The notes: generated by a model from the sequence alone, not told the origin. A stretch of DNA of 61,834 bases, filler included, from Rhabdomonas costata (GCA_019059605.1; 10 parts of 10 records of this genome joined end to end with filler, not necessarily neighbours in it); one strand, 5' to 3'. Positions 1-12,522 are shown, counted from the whole stretch's first letter. Numbers and translations: made by a program.

Positions 1-269
1 CATGGACCCACCCCTCACCGCCACAACCCTGTCGTGCAGCACGGGGGAGGGCGAGTAGAGCAGATCCACACCTATGTCAGAGCAGGCGCGAACACATGGG
101 GCTTGACGCCCCGGAGGAGCACGACGAACAGCACCGGCACGAGCACGAGCACCATGACCCACCCCATGGATGTGGATGGCGTCGTGGATGGGTGCCATTT
201 GGTGGTGGTGATGTTGTTCTTGCTCTTCGCGTCTTCTTCTTCTTCTTCTTCTTCTTTTGAAACTTATAG

Positions 270-1209
270 TTTCTCCGCTGGTCCAGGCGCTGGCCACCAT
301 CCCTCAGTTTGACCAGATTCGGCAAATGGCAGCTGCTAGCGCGGAATTTCTCCCCGCTGTTATGCGCCAGCTCAGGTGTTTTTTCACGAGGGTTTTTTCT
401 GCGTTGTGTTTTGTGGTTCCGCATGTTTTATAAAACATATGCCGACATTCACGTTTGTTTGTGCAACTGCCGCAACGGACAACGGCAAACGTTTGGTTTG
501 TGTGCTCTTCTTTGTGAGCTATGCAAGTAGGCACTATGGTTTGCCTATGGGCAAGGACTACTTGCAGAGCTTTATCCCACCCCTCCACACACGCGCACAC
601 ACACTTCCTGCTTTGCTGCGTCCCGTTTCGCTCGTCGTCTTCCATCCGGTACAGCTCACATTCTTTTGTTTTCCTATTTGATTTAGGGACCGTTGTGTTT
701 GTGTTCGTTCGATGTAAAATTGTGCGATGAAAAGACTGTTTGCTTGACACTTTTCTTGCAACAGGCAGCAAAATCCTGCACTGTTCAATCTCATCAACGA
801 GAACCCTCAGGAGTTCATTCAGCTTTTGCAGAATGGCTTGCCGGCTGGTGTCCGTGCTACGCCAGGAGCTGGAGGTAGCTTTCTCTTATCTTCGCCTCGC
901 GAACCTGGGGTTCGTGGGTGGTTGCAGTTAAACGATAATGATGGCATCATTTTGAAATGAAATGTTCCATCCTTTGCGTTTCGCCGGTAAACGCTGTAAG
1001 CACGGCAGGGGAGGTAATTTTGTACCAACCGTTTTTTTCGTGCCAACCAGTTGAAATCGTTCGACGGCAGCTTTGCTTCTGCTGTCGAATTGCGGGGAAT
1101 CGGGGGCTCACCTGCACTTTTATGGGCAGGTCGGCCATCTGCTCCGGCTCCCCCGGTCGCGGGCAACGTCGTCCACCTCACACCCAACGAGAAGGCTGCC
1201 GTTGAGAGG
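270..1209 (+). CDS. RAD23: RAD23-family ubiquitin receptor, partial: XPC-binding domain and start of UBA2. Exons 270-375, 765-874, 1130-1209
   Basis: Phase-consistent GT-AG splicing gives SPLVQALATIPQFDQIRQMAAASAEFLPAVMRQLR|QQNPALFNLINENPQEFIQLLQNGLPAGVRATPGAG|GRPSAPAPPVAGNVVHLTPNEKAAVER. This matches the RAD23 XPC-binding (STI1-like) domain and the 'xTPxEKxAIERL' lead-in to UBA2. Confidence 0.85.
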
Positions 1210-1999
1210 GTCCTTTGTGCTTACCGCTGTCTTTTGCGTGCTAACCTGCAGAAAAAAGGAAAGCAATTTCCCTTAAAGAACTTGGAAACTGGTTTATCCC
1301 CCCTCCCCCAGAGGCGTCGAGTGCCTTGTTCTTCTGCAATATGTGCTATGTATGCTATGTATGTATGGGGTGGCTCCCTGAAATGCGGTTTAAGGTGCCA
1401 TTTAAGCGGTCGGAAACGGAGGCTATCCTCCCACCTAAACGAAATAGTTCCGCCAGGAATGTCAGGTTTTTTTGCAGCAAAGAATGAAAAAGACGTGAAA
1501 AAAAAAAGAGGAGGAGGCATCGGACCACCAGAGGCTGCAGCCCGTGCTGCCCACCACACAGCCTCTACGAGCCGAAGAGGGGATCCTCTCTCCCCCTTAA
1601 TTGAGAGAGTGTCATCATCAAGGATCCGGCTCTAGCGGGACCCGAGCTCCTGCGCCACCACTCATTTCCACATTCCTCACTCAAAGAGAGAGAGAGAGAG
1701 AGAGAGAACTAGCGTAAAGCAGCTGAACGCCGAACCATCATTCGGACGGTGTCAAGGTCAGAAGTGATCAAATGAACGATCGGTCGGGAGCCGCGCCCCG
1801 GCCAGGCAAGTCGAAAACGGCCGGAAAGGCACAGGGGGGGGGTCGACCTGGGGTTGGGCGGTTGCATTTGGCCGTTTGGGCGGCTGTGTCATGTTGCAAG
1901 CTAGCTTTCCTGATTTGTATCCTTTGAAACGCCTCTTCCGGTTCCTTAAAAAAGATCTGACCATATATATATGGCATTTGACATATGGCTGCTTTCCAG

Positions 2000-2810
2000 G
2001 GCCTTCGGCTCAACTTCTCCAAACCTGCGCGGCCAACTTGTCGTGTGCTCAGCTCTGCGGCCTTGTCCTCCTCAACGTCCTCTTGCGAAACGGGCTCTCC
2101 TCAGCACCGTCCTCCTGCGCCTTCTCCTTCTTGTTTTCCGCCGCCTTCGCTGCCAGCTTGACCGCCTCCGATCCTAAAACTAATTTTTCAACCTTTCCTT
2201 CGGGAAACCTGCTTCCCACAGTTGCTTCTCCACTTGCCTTTGCTCTGCACAATTGCCTTCTCCCGAAAGCTGTCCTTACGATTTGCTGCTGCCTTTCTAC
2301 TTCTCTTTTGAAGATTACCGAATTTCTTGCACACCTTCAAAGACTCAACTGATCTCCGCTCTTGAAACGGGCCCCTTCTGCGAACAACCAAAGCCTCCAA
2401 GCTACTACGAAATTGTTGTCTAGATTACTGTTACCCCTATCAAGGATGGCATTTACCCGATACCTGGGGTGCCAAACAGTGTGTCGGGAGCAAGTCTGGG
2501 TGGTGGGCGGTTATCGGGGTTGACTTTGCCACGGCAGCCACCCGGCATTTATCCATGTTATCCATGGCAAATCCCTTCGGTTTTCGGGGCGGTGGAACCA
2601 TCCCGGTAGCACGCTGCCAGGCCGGTTCGTGCCACCAAAATTTGTGTTGAGTCGCAATCTCCTCGAAGATTTCGGCCAAACCGCAAACCATAATGCTCCC
2701 GTGATATTTGGGGTTGCGGCAAATCGGAGGTTAAAAACGATGTTCCGAGGAAGTAGTTATACCCCGCTATAGTATCGGGATTGGCAAGGGGTACGGACCT
2801 TTCTGCAACC
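2000..2810 (-). mobile_element. Possible degenerate DDE (pogo/Tigger DDE_1-like) transposase remnant
   Basis: Broken minus-strand frames read FAMDNMDK...CLAPQVSGKCHP/(L)DRG...AWRLW, resembling the DDE_1 'L.MDN...LPP.T...QPLD.G' pattern, followed by a K/E/A-rich tail. Several stops and frameshifts; no TIRs identified; boundaries approximate. Confidence 0.3.
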
Positions 2811-3357
2811 ATAACAAACCCTCACGAACCCAGAGAAAGCGCTCTCACTCACATGTCTCGCAGTGGAGACACCGAAGCAGCAAATGCCGTTTGGATGTCA
2901 TTTGCGCAATTTCAGCGCCTTAAAAATCAGAAGCTTAAGCTATTCCCACTGTTTGCTTCCTCACCGCTGACAATAATGTGATACATTGATGGTGGTGATG
3001 CATCCTCACCTGAAGCTATGGATCAAAACGGACGAGAAGACAAACAGTGCCAGAGATGTACGGGAGCAAACCACAGAAACAAACAATTCCATGCAAACAA
3101 GACGCGGTGCCCTGGACTGCTTGAGGGCGGAAGATCGCAGAAGAAGAGAGGCGAGAGACCAAAAACAGACTGGGATGCGGGGTGAGGCGAAGGTCTCTCT
3201 GGAACGGTAAGAACACAGATCGCCTTTCTGAGAACGCACGCACACGCACACATAAACTCACCCTAAGTAAGCTGAGAAGTACACTCGCGCAGGGCTCTGA
3301 CTTGGTGCGCGAGAGCGAAGACTAAAACCTCTGGGGTTGTGGGGAAGAGGAAGCAAC

Positions 3358-3421
3358 AGAGAAGCCGTCATGGAAACCCTCTGATCAAAACGCCATAGAG
3401 AAGCCGTCATGGAAACCCTCT
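3358..3421. repeat. 25-bp direct repeat AGAGAAGCCGTCATGGAAACCCTCT x2 (period 39), downstream of the dynein stop codon
   Basis: Read directly at about 3358-3382 and 3397-3421. Confidence 0.85.
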
Positions 3422-3522
3422 CATCATGAAAAAATCCCGGCAAGCGAGCGGAGGAGGGGAGAGAAGGGGAAGGGAAAGAGCAACTGCTTTTGGTGTGTCG
3501 TAAGTGGATCGAGGCCCGCCGA

Positions 3523-5873
3523 TTACGTGTCTGTGTTGAGGCAGACAGCGACCCCCTCAAGGATCCAATGCGAGGCGTGCTTCTCGGTGGCCAGGTCGGC
3601 CTCGAACACCAGGCCCACCCCCGCGGCGTTGCGGCGGCCCTGGGTGACGTACACGGGGGTGCGCAGGGTGTTTTGGAGCTTCAGCTTCGCCGCCTCCATG
3701 GGGATGACCTGCACCACGGGCAGCTCATAGATCAGCACCTTGGGGTCCTGCACCGCGAGCTGCTGCGCGGCCAAGTCCCACTTCGCGCCCTCCAGGAACA
3801 GCCCCGTAACGAAGCACCCGTCTGTGGGCCTAAACCGCACATACATATACACACACACACACCAACCCGCGTCATAGACACAAACAGAGAGACACACTTG
3901 GAGTACGGCGGGGACTATCAGCAAGTGAAAGAATGCTGAACTGTTACCTTCGGCGAGTTGCTATTCCGTAAACAAGAAAATGTCAACAGCAGCAGACAGG
4001 CCAATTTTTTTGAACGTGCTCGTGAAGCTATCTATCTAAAAGTAGGGACCCTCGAAACCTCGAGCACAGTATTGGGTCAGGCCAAACTCCGCGCAGTCCC
4101 GTGGTCGTTGTATAGACAGACCAGGCCTCCCTAAACGTAGTGTGACCTGTCAATTTCCCTTCGGGCGTGTGATAACCTCCTGAAGGCTCCTTTTGCGCCC
4201 CATGCCATGTTTCTCGACATAAGCGTTTTGGGGCACTCGAACCTCCCGAAACACATATACACTCCACTATGACACCCACATCCACACCCACACACAGTCA
4301 GCTGGGTGCGAAAGGCAGACACTAGTTCGGACACCGTCAGGCAAATCGGCTCGAATCCATATTCACCCCAACAACAGGTTGAGGAGGAGGAGGAGGTGCT
4401 GCTGGTGGTGGTGGCCGTACCTTTCCTTGACCTCGGCAGCGGTGGCAAAGGAGGTGACGCGGGTGAACAGCGTGGACTTGTCCAGGGGCCACTTGTACCT
4501 GCGGCAGGTGGTCTGCACTAGGGCGGTGAGGTAGCTCTCGGGGATTCCCAGCCCGCTCAGCCACATCACGGTGGGCTCCCCGGCCTCCACCCACCGCCGG
4601 TACTGAGTGTGGCGGGTCTCGAAGTGGTTCAGCCAGCTGCCCAGGTTCTTGCGCGTCGCCGGGGCCAGCGCGCGCCAGGCCTTCGGGAGCTGACCATTGT
4701 AAAGCGCGCTGGCCAAGTCGTCCAGCTCGGCGCTCATACCGATCACCCCGGCCAGGGCCTGCACAACACAGATGGAGAGGGGTCATATCATATAATTTTG
4801 CGGCTCTGATTACTATGAACAGCATAGCAACAGTAGGTTGACAACCTGCAGCAGGAGTACATTCAGTTTGGTTTCAGTTGTGCAAGCAGTCATCCAACAG
4901 GAAGAATTGAGTGACAGGTTTCCTTCCCTTTTTCTTAGACAGCTTTCACACCACCCAAGAAAAGCAGAAAAACAGCAAAGCTTCGTCAATCAAAATGTAC
5001 CAAACCTGCAGAGTGAAATCGCACGAGAAGATGGAGGAGAAAACACAAGGTGTGAGACAATGGGAAGAGCGCACGACACACACACACGCACAACCACAGA
5101 GCGCGAAACATGCATCGGAGCACAGGACAAGCCCCGTGGCGAGCAGGCGGGGGGACCCTCCTCCCTCCGACACAACTTAACATATCCATAGAGGACAAAG
5201 AAGCACGGAATAAAAGAGGCACGGGATGCTTTCAACATGTTCAGTGGCACGCTGATTTTCACAAGGATGCTGTCCTTTCAGTTGCCCTCCCTAGCTGACG
5301 TGTGCAAAACGTGAGGTCACTGGATGCTCGACGTGAACGCGATGACGTATGTCCGGCAGACGCAATCCCCCTTCTCCCTTGCGTAGGGCTGGGAAAAGAC
5401 AGGCTGGAAGCAGAAACAATCTTCACCGCAATGCCTTGTCATCGTAGTGTGTGTGTGTGTGTGTGAGGGAAATCTGTCCTCGGCCGCAGGATACCCGCGG
5501 AGAGGGCGGGGATGTTGTGTACGGGAAGGAGCAGGTTGTGTGGGTGGATACGTAAAGCCAGTGCTTGCCAGATGATGATGATGATGATGGGTTCTTTTCT
5601 CCTTCTGTGCCCCTTTGCGCTTTTCTACTTCTTATGCATACGCACCTTCTGGAGGTCCTTGAGGGTGGACATCATCCTCTCCACGAGGTTGTTCCATCGC
5701 TCCAACTCCTGCAGCAACACCACCTGGGTGGGCTGCAGCAGGCCGTCCTTGTTGCGGGCCTTCTCCTTTGCGAATATCTGCTTGCGATCCATCGGCCCCG
5801 GGATCTGCCGCATCACGTCGCCCACCACGCGCTCCAGGATGGTCTCCCGGGAGGCCTCCCCACTCCCTGCGGC
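3523..5873 (-). CDS. DNAH10: Axonemal inner-arm dynein heavy chain (DNAH10/I1-alpha type), last three exons: 5873-5646, 4758-4421, 3829-3523
   Basis: GT-AG exons splice in frame: ...PTQVVLLQELERWNNLVERM...LQK|ALAGVIGMSAELDDL...WLSGLGIPESYLTALVQ...KER|PTDGCFVTGLFLEGAKWD...RRNAAGVGLVFEADLATEKHASHWILEGVAVCLNTDT*. The final motif is characteristic of DNAH10. Confidence 0.93.
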
Positions 5874-6185
5874 CTGTTTTCCACCACCAATCCAACCATC
5901 CAACCCACCCACCAACCGACACACACACACACGCTTCATGAACTCGGCAAATAAATATTCGGCACAACTCCAAAAGTGGAACACCGCTGGGAAAGGCCAA
6001 AAACAGACAACATCTAGTGTTTGTCCAAGGTCAGCACAGAGAGTTGGTGCGCTAAAGTTTCTTCGTGAGCGTAGGAGCTAATAATAAATATTCTCTGCTC
6101 TTCTGGGCTTCCCACCCACGATGGGGCAAAGGCCCCATCTCCCCCTTCTCCGTCCGCTCTGCGCTTCGCGACCTACCCAACCACC

Positions 6186-6285
6186 NNNNNNNNNNNNNNN
6201 NNNNNNNNNNNNNNNNNNNNNNNNNNNNNTTAATTAATTAANNNNNNNNNNNNNNNNNNNNNNNNNNNNNNNNNNNNNNNNNNNN
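6186..6285. other. Artificial contig spacer (N-run + TTAATTAATTAA + N-run). Repeated at 12167-12266, 18167-18266, 24171-24270, 30131-30230, 36086-36185, 42981-43080, 48908-49007, 55130-55229
   Basis: The same 100-bp structure, with a six-frame-stop linker, occurs nine times. Separate plain scaffold gaps lie at 37993-38395, 51457-51811 and 57767-57774. Confidence 0.97.
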
Positions 6286-6371
6286 GTTTTGTTTTACAAT
6301 TTCTGAAGTATTTTTTGCAATGAAAAATTCCTAAAGGAGGGAGGGGGGACGGGGCGAGACGGGATGGCTGC

Positions 6372-8294
6372 CTGCGGGAGCGGCGGATGATGTCCACGTA
6401 GTTTTTCAGCCCGCCCAGCAGGATGCTGCCCTCGTCGAACTGCACCCGTCCCCGCATTGTGTTGGCCAGGCTCTCGGGCTGCTCATAGATCTCCTTCAGC
6501 ATGAAGTGTGGGAAGTTGCCCTTCATGATGCCCTCCAGCTCCAGGTCCAGGGTCTGCACCACCTTGCTCTGCTCCACCAGCTGCTGGGTCTCCTTGTCCC
6601 GGTTGTAGATCGCCAGCCGGCCATCCCCGAAGTGAACCACGTCGTCGTCTTCCAAATAGATCACCTGGGACCAATACAAAAGTAAAGTAGTGTAGTAGTT
6701 TGGATTACGTTTAGAGGGCTAAGGCAGGCCTGGGGTCTTTTGGTATGTGACAAAAAAACCACTGTGGCTTGATGGCAGAGCGGCGGGGGCAGCAGAAGGT
6801 GCAGCAATCTTCTGCCTTCTGCTCCTCTTCACCCCGATAGTCGGAGAGACCACGGCTGGAGACCACCCTCCCAGACCTTCCTGCTGAGGCTTTTCCGGGC
6901 CGACTGGTTTTGTCACCTTGGTAAGAGGAAGAGCGAAAGTCGGCGTTGTGGTGTTGTGCCGAATCTCATTGGGGTTTGCAAAGGCGGTGGGGCGGCAACT
7001 GCAAACACAAGGAGGTCAACCCAACAAAGTTGAGCGGAGGTTGCTAAACAAAAACCTTGGTTAACTGCAGCTAAATGTCAGAGTGCTGCAATGTTTCCCA
7101 GAAAAGCACTCCCTTTCAAAGCACGCAGACGTGGGGAATGCAGAGTGGGGCACCGCGGTCGGCAGATATTGAGTCCAGATTGGCTTAGTCCACATAAAAA
7201 TCAGCCCCTGAACAAGAAAACGAACCAGGAAAAAACCGCACTCAGGAGAAAGCATATCGTTCTACCTTTCGCGTGTGCTCGACAATCGCGCTCGCGTCTG
7301 AGGCCAGGAAAAGCTCCATCGCATCACAGGTCTCGCTCTGCACCACCTGCACCACACAGAGCGGGAAAAGTTTGCGAGGTGTGCATGTTTGTTTTCAAGT
7401 TTCCAGCGGCTGGCGGCCGCTCGCAATCCGAAAAGATGTGTTTTGCCCTTTTTCATTGCTCGTTGACCCTAATCCCAAACGGTGACCCTCCTTATTTTTT
7501 CACTTTCAAAGCATCTTTCAGCTAACAAAAACCGACGGAGACGGGGCAGCGAAAGGCACACAAAACATGCACGGTCCATATTCCACGTTTGCTTTGTTGA
7601 ACAGTGAACAGTTGTTTGTGCTCACAAGTGTGAATGATTGCAGTGCCTTTCCCACGGACCCGGAATCTGTGTGTGCTGCTGCCTTTGTCAAACATGTTTA
7701 TATGACGTAATTGAAAAAACATGTGAATGTAACGTCAGCATCAGAAGAGGCAGCAGCAGCAGCAGCAGCGACACCACTTCACCAACCAAAACTAATTATA
7801 ACCAAAATCACAAAGGAGGATGGTTTTGTAGTTACTCTCTGATGGTGGTGGTGCAAACCGAGATAAGCCCGCCCAAGGGGTGCCCGTCCTTCTTCTTCAG
7901 GCCAAGGATGAGGGGGCTCCCCCGCTTGCATGCCACCACATCGTTGGGGAAGTGGCTGCTCTTGAACAAGAAGGCATAGGCGCCGTTCAACGCTTGCAAG
8001 ACCTGAGTGCACGCCAAAAACGAGCAATCTTCTTCTTCTCCCAACATAAACCCTTCTTTAAAAATGCAAAAAGGTCCGCACAGAAGAAGTATAACATCCC
8101 CTATTTTTGTGGCGGTTGCTCCTTCGTCTCACTCGGAGCAAAGGGGGGCGTCTTCTAATGAAACAAAACCCCCAAAAAGATTATACTCGACATTAATGCC
8201 TCACATTGAAGAGAGAATGATGCCCCAAAAGTGAGGGCATACTTCACTTGAGCTTTCTTTTCGAGGGTGGGATTGCAATTTGCACGGTTGCACA

Positions 8295-8327
<33 letters not shown>

Positions 8328-9458
8328 CAACCTCCATCACCAACTGAGGAAAAGTGATGCTATCGTGCTTCTCGGCGTGCTTGTCCCAAATGTGTTTGGT
8401 CAGCTTAGCCACCACCTGCAGAAGGGACGTGGATACAATTGCGGACAGCGTGCCAAGAAAATGCCGAGATGCCAAGTGCCAATGGGCAATAAAAACTGAG
8501 AGGTAAGGGGTAAGGGGTAAGGCTCACTGCACAAACACACTTTGCTCACACGGTTTGCTGGAGGATACGCCATGGAAATATGATGAAATAAAGACCTCCG
8601 GCGCCGTACCTCCGTGTCGGTGTCCGACTGAAACACGTGACCGTTGTTCTGAAGGACCTTCTTCAGCACATCGTAGTTGGTGATGATCCTAATTTCAAAA
8701 ACACATGCAAAAACGCAGTCGCTGCCATTTTTGCAGCATCCATTACCACAAAAATGACCACGCCAAAACCGTATCTCAACGACCGGCTCCCATTGGACGT
8801 ATCCGTACAATGGCAGTACATTCATCATGGTAAAAGCAAAGGCGGCCATGGCTGCTACCCGTTGTGCACCACCACGAACTCGTTGTTCGGGTCAGAGGGC
8901 TGAGGATGGGCGTTGGTGTCCGAGGGGGGCCCGTGGGTGGCCCACCGTGTGTGTGCAATCCCGATGTGAGTCTCCAGAATGGGCTCCATGGGGAGCCTCC
9001 CACTGCTGGCGATCTCGTCAATGCCGGCCTGAAGCTGGTTGACGTTCCTGAAAAGTGAAACCATACGCGACCGTTTGAAATTAACAAAAAAAAACGGGGA
9101 AAAGCACAAAACCACCGAGAAGCCAGATACGATGGGAACCAAGCCGTTAAACCTCAAACAGGGACTTGCTTCTGTCCCACTCCACACATCATAGAAGAAG
9201 AACTGCTGGGCCAAAATTCAAAACGCGAAATGAATTCTCCCCAGCGAACATCTCAAAGGATCTGGAACTGAGGTTTGAAGATTTCGCGCACCCGCTTCGC
9301 TTCACCAGCACGTTTTTGTTGTTGTCATCGCTGACAGCGATGCCCGCGGAGTCATACCCACGGTACTCCAGGCGGCGAAGCCCAGAGACCAGGGTCTGGG
9401 TGATCTGGCCTCGGGAGCGCGAGAACTTGTAGTTAATGTAGCCAAAAATGCCACACAT
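6372..9458 (-). CDS. GFPT1: Glutamine:fructose-6-phosphate aminotransferase, 5' part. Exons 9458-9292, 9047-8859, 8688-8610, 8415-8332, 8002-7859, 7346-7266, 6664-6372
   Basis: N-terminal MCGIFGY (Ntn catalytic Cys), [72 protein letters not shown] and [13 protein letters not shown]. All exon phases are consistent; truncated by the contig end. Confidence 0.96.
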
Positions 9459-11199
9459 TTTTTCTTGGGAAAGGAAATAGTGAACTGTGTATGGCAAAAA
9501 GAAGAAGAGCGACGGAAAGCAAAACCAACCCGGAATGGTCCCCCTCCCCGCTTTTAGTCGTATTCATTTTATCATTCATGAGATTATCTGCTCGACATCC
9601 CGTTTGCGAAATCGAGTGGAAGGTATGGTAGCTGGACGATGGTGTCCTGGTCGGGGATTCCGAGGCTCTGACTGATGCTCTCCAGCCTCACAGCCACTGA
9701 CAGCCAAGTTTCCCTCGCTCAGCCTGAATTTGAAAAGGCTTTCGTCATTTTTAATTTGTGTTCCGCTCTTTTGTTCTAAATCCAGTGTGCATTGTTTGCT
9801 GTATGCCTGTCCCTTGGTCTCAAGCAGTCCACTACTGTTGGGCACCCCGTCTGTGCGGGCATGCCGCTTTTATTGGTGACTAGTCTGCTTACCACGGCAA
9901 AATACAGCCTGTCTTTTTTTTTTTGGAATAGAGAATCACGGGGGCACACGAAATAAAGCTTGTGCACATGTACAACTGTGTGCTTGATGGGAATGGCGTC
10001 CGTCCTACGCCGACCAGGATGATTGCTACGAGCTTATTGAACAAATGCAAGCATTACTTCCTGCAGAGCGCCGGACTTAGGTAATTGTATTTTCTCTTCT
10101 CGCCCACAATTGGGCTATCCCAAGCCAGGCTGGTGGTTCCATCCAGTCGAAATGTGGCCGAAAGGATAGAAAGCGCATAAGTTGAGCTCGCGGCAAGATT
10201 AGGCTCCCTCTCCTCAATCAACCGTCGAATAAACAGTCCACCATGCAACATGCAAGTCGCGGTCCAGTAAGCTGAACATGTTACCACAGGGGTTGAGCAC
10301 AGACATCTCTGGAAGGCTATGTTACAAGCAAGGAAGGCGAGCGCCACTGCACCGTGCGTGTACTCCGGTGCATGAAAGGGGGAGGGGCAGGTTAGCGCAT
10401 CGTCTTGTACGTGGGCTGGAAAATCTTTCGGGTAATCTGAGTGAAGAAATAGAACGACCACAAAAAAGGTTAAAGAAGATTTTTTTTGTTTCCTGCGCAA
10501 AGGAAGGAATGCACCTCAAAAAGTCACAAGGATTCTTTTCGACCTGTTCATGGTTTATCTGCCCCATGTTTTTGAGATGTAGCGGGCAACGTTACACTAA
10601 TTATTGTTTTTGGTTAATATCTGTTCGTACCTTCATCATCAGCAAAAATTGAAATGAGTATAAAGTACTCACATTCAGGAACCTAGAACACAAATTTAAC
10701 CCACTATTATAATGTTGGTAATATTATCCGACGCTTTGGTAACGGAAAATAGGGTAATTCTTGGTGGTGCGGGATCGTCGGAAAATTGCTGTTGAAAACC
10801 CAAATATAAGGAAAGTGTTAATTACATTCTTAATTACTCATATCTGGTGTGATTTTAAGCACTGTTCTGATAATTTTTACATTCTGCAAATGAGTTAAAT
10901 TGGCTTCGAATCGTCACATAGGATAGGATTCCACGCCGAGGTGGCTGCTGGTGTTGCAGCATGGCGGCATTTCTGGTCTTTTTTTAGGGATCTCGCGCGG
11001 TCCAAAAAATCCGCACCTTACCCTAGTAATTTTCAATATCAAAATCGAAAATAGCACTCCTGAAAACGCTTGGCAAACCAACCCGGAACTTCAGAGCACA
11101 AGCAACTCAGAAAATAAACAGCACAGCGTTATCTGAAACCTGGCCACCCAGCCAAACTATTTTCAGTCAGTCAGGGTGAACAACCACTGCGACTGCCTT

Positions 11200-11898
11200 T
11201 CAAACACCATGAAAACAAAAATCCCTTTGCGTAGTATTGCAACAGCGGGTGCAGACAAGTGCCTTTTTCGCATGCATTGGGCCGATCGACAACAGAGCTC
11301 CACTTTCGTCCACGGCAGTCATCGTCATCACCCCCTCGTCATCCACAGAAAGCTTCAACTCCAAGGCCGTGGGCTTCTTCACTATTAAATTGGAAACCAC
11401 AGAAGCGTGTTGGCAACGAACGTGCCACCCTCAGATGGGCAGCGAGTGGCAAGATGAGTGGATACCATCAAAGCCAGTGATTCCCATGAAGCCAATGACG
11501 TCCAGGTACTTCCGGTCCTCCATGGCAGTGGAATTCCCAATGAAAACGCGAAGTGGAATGGTGGATTGGTTAGCCGCCGTTTGAATGCGCCGTGTCACGG
11601 TGACCTGTAAAAGAAAAGGTAAGGATAGGGATGAACATCCCCCCCCCCGTCCGCCTTCCTTCTCCGAGTTCTTGGAGCAGGTTGGGGAGAAAGAGCAGAT
11701 CGAAACCGAGACAAGGATGGTGAATAGAAAGATCGGAGTGTGGAAACTAGTAAAATAGAAAGGCATGCCCATACTGGAAGTCTTTGCTCCTTGGCGACTA
11801 ACGTGTGAAAGTCTCCCTTGCGAGAGGCGTCTTCGAGCAAAACTGCCGAAGGAGCCACAAGTAGTCTGTGGGTCTCCTTGGCATTCTGGTGCTGGAAG
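11200..11898 (-). CDS. Divergent Hsp70 substrate-binding (beta-sandwich)-like domain, partial. Exons ~11898-11775, 11604-11466, 11381-(11263 or 11200)
   Basis: Spliced peptide LLVAPSAVLLEDASRKGDFHTLVAKEQRLP|VTVTRRIQTAANQSTIPLRVFIGNS...GFMGITGFD|VKKPTALELKLSVDDEGVMTMTAVDESG aligns by eye to the Hsp70 pattern LLDVAPLSLGIET.GG.M..LI.RNTTIP...T..DNQ..V.I.V.EGE...F.L.GI...P.IEVTFDIDANGILNVSAVD. Confidence 0.6.
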
Positions 11899-12522
11899 CT
11901 GGAAAAAAAACGAGGACATGTCCCACAGGCTGTGCGCGCACAACAGGTTGCTGAAACGGAACCCAGATTTTACCGAAACGACATCTTGGCCTGGGGCACT
12001 GACGACTTGCAAACGAACGCTCATGAGATTGTTTGAATTTTTTGAATGCCGTTTTGCTTTTTTTGTAAAGCTTTGGGTTGTCGCTTGGTCAAAGCCAACG
12101 GCCCAACGGAATAAAAACGACCACGGTGGGGAACCGGAAAGGCGGTCTCTATCTCCACACAACCCCNNNNNNNNNNNNNNNNNNNNNNNNNNNNNNNNNN
12201 NNNNNNNNNNTTAATTAATTAANNNNNNNNNNNNNNNNNNNNNNNNNNNNNNNNNNNNNNNNNNNNGTGGTTGTGGGAATATCCAGCATAGTAAAACTTT
12301 TGCCCGACGGTCGTGTCGTGTGCTGTCTGCGAAACTCTGTGCCTCGGGAGATTGATCCCCTTTCATTCAGTGAGGCCCCTTTGCCTCTGCACATAGCACT
12401 TGTTTTTCACCACCTCCCCCCAGGAAAAGGAAAAAAAGGAAAGCGGTTCGATTTGCAGTGCAGCTCAATGAATGTGGCGTTTCCCCGCGTTTTCCAATTT
12501 ACGGGGTGTGGGGGAATTGCAG

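Noticed and set aside
73-256. Minus-strand hydrophobic peptide (MGWVMVLVLVPVLFVVLLRG...*) with high GC3
   Set aside because: Short, no recognisable family, and overlaps the (TCT)n acceptor tract of a RAD23 intron; cannot be supported as a gene.
6230-6241. TTAATTAATTAA recurring about every 6 kb (looks like a regular repeat or array)
   Set aside because: Always embedded in the same 100-bp N block; it is a synthetic six-frame-stop contig linker. ORFs crossing it, and gene adjacency across it, are meaningless.
6719-6916. 65-aa minus-strand ORF after an AG inside GFAT
   Set aside because: The flanking exons join perfectly as EHTRK|VIYLED, so this is intron sequence.
12150-12280. Contigs tend to end in A/C-rich and start in G/T-rich bases
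   Set aside because: Strand-symmetric low-complexity tails at assembly breaks are best explained by read-end quality or simple-repeat breakage.
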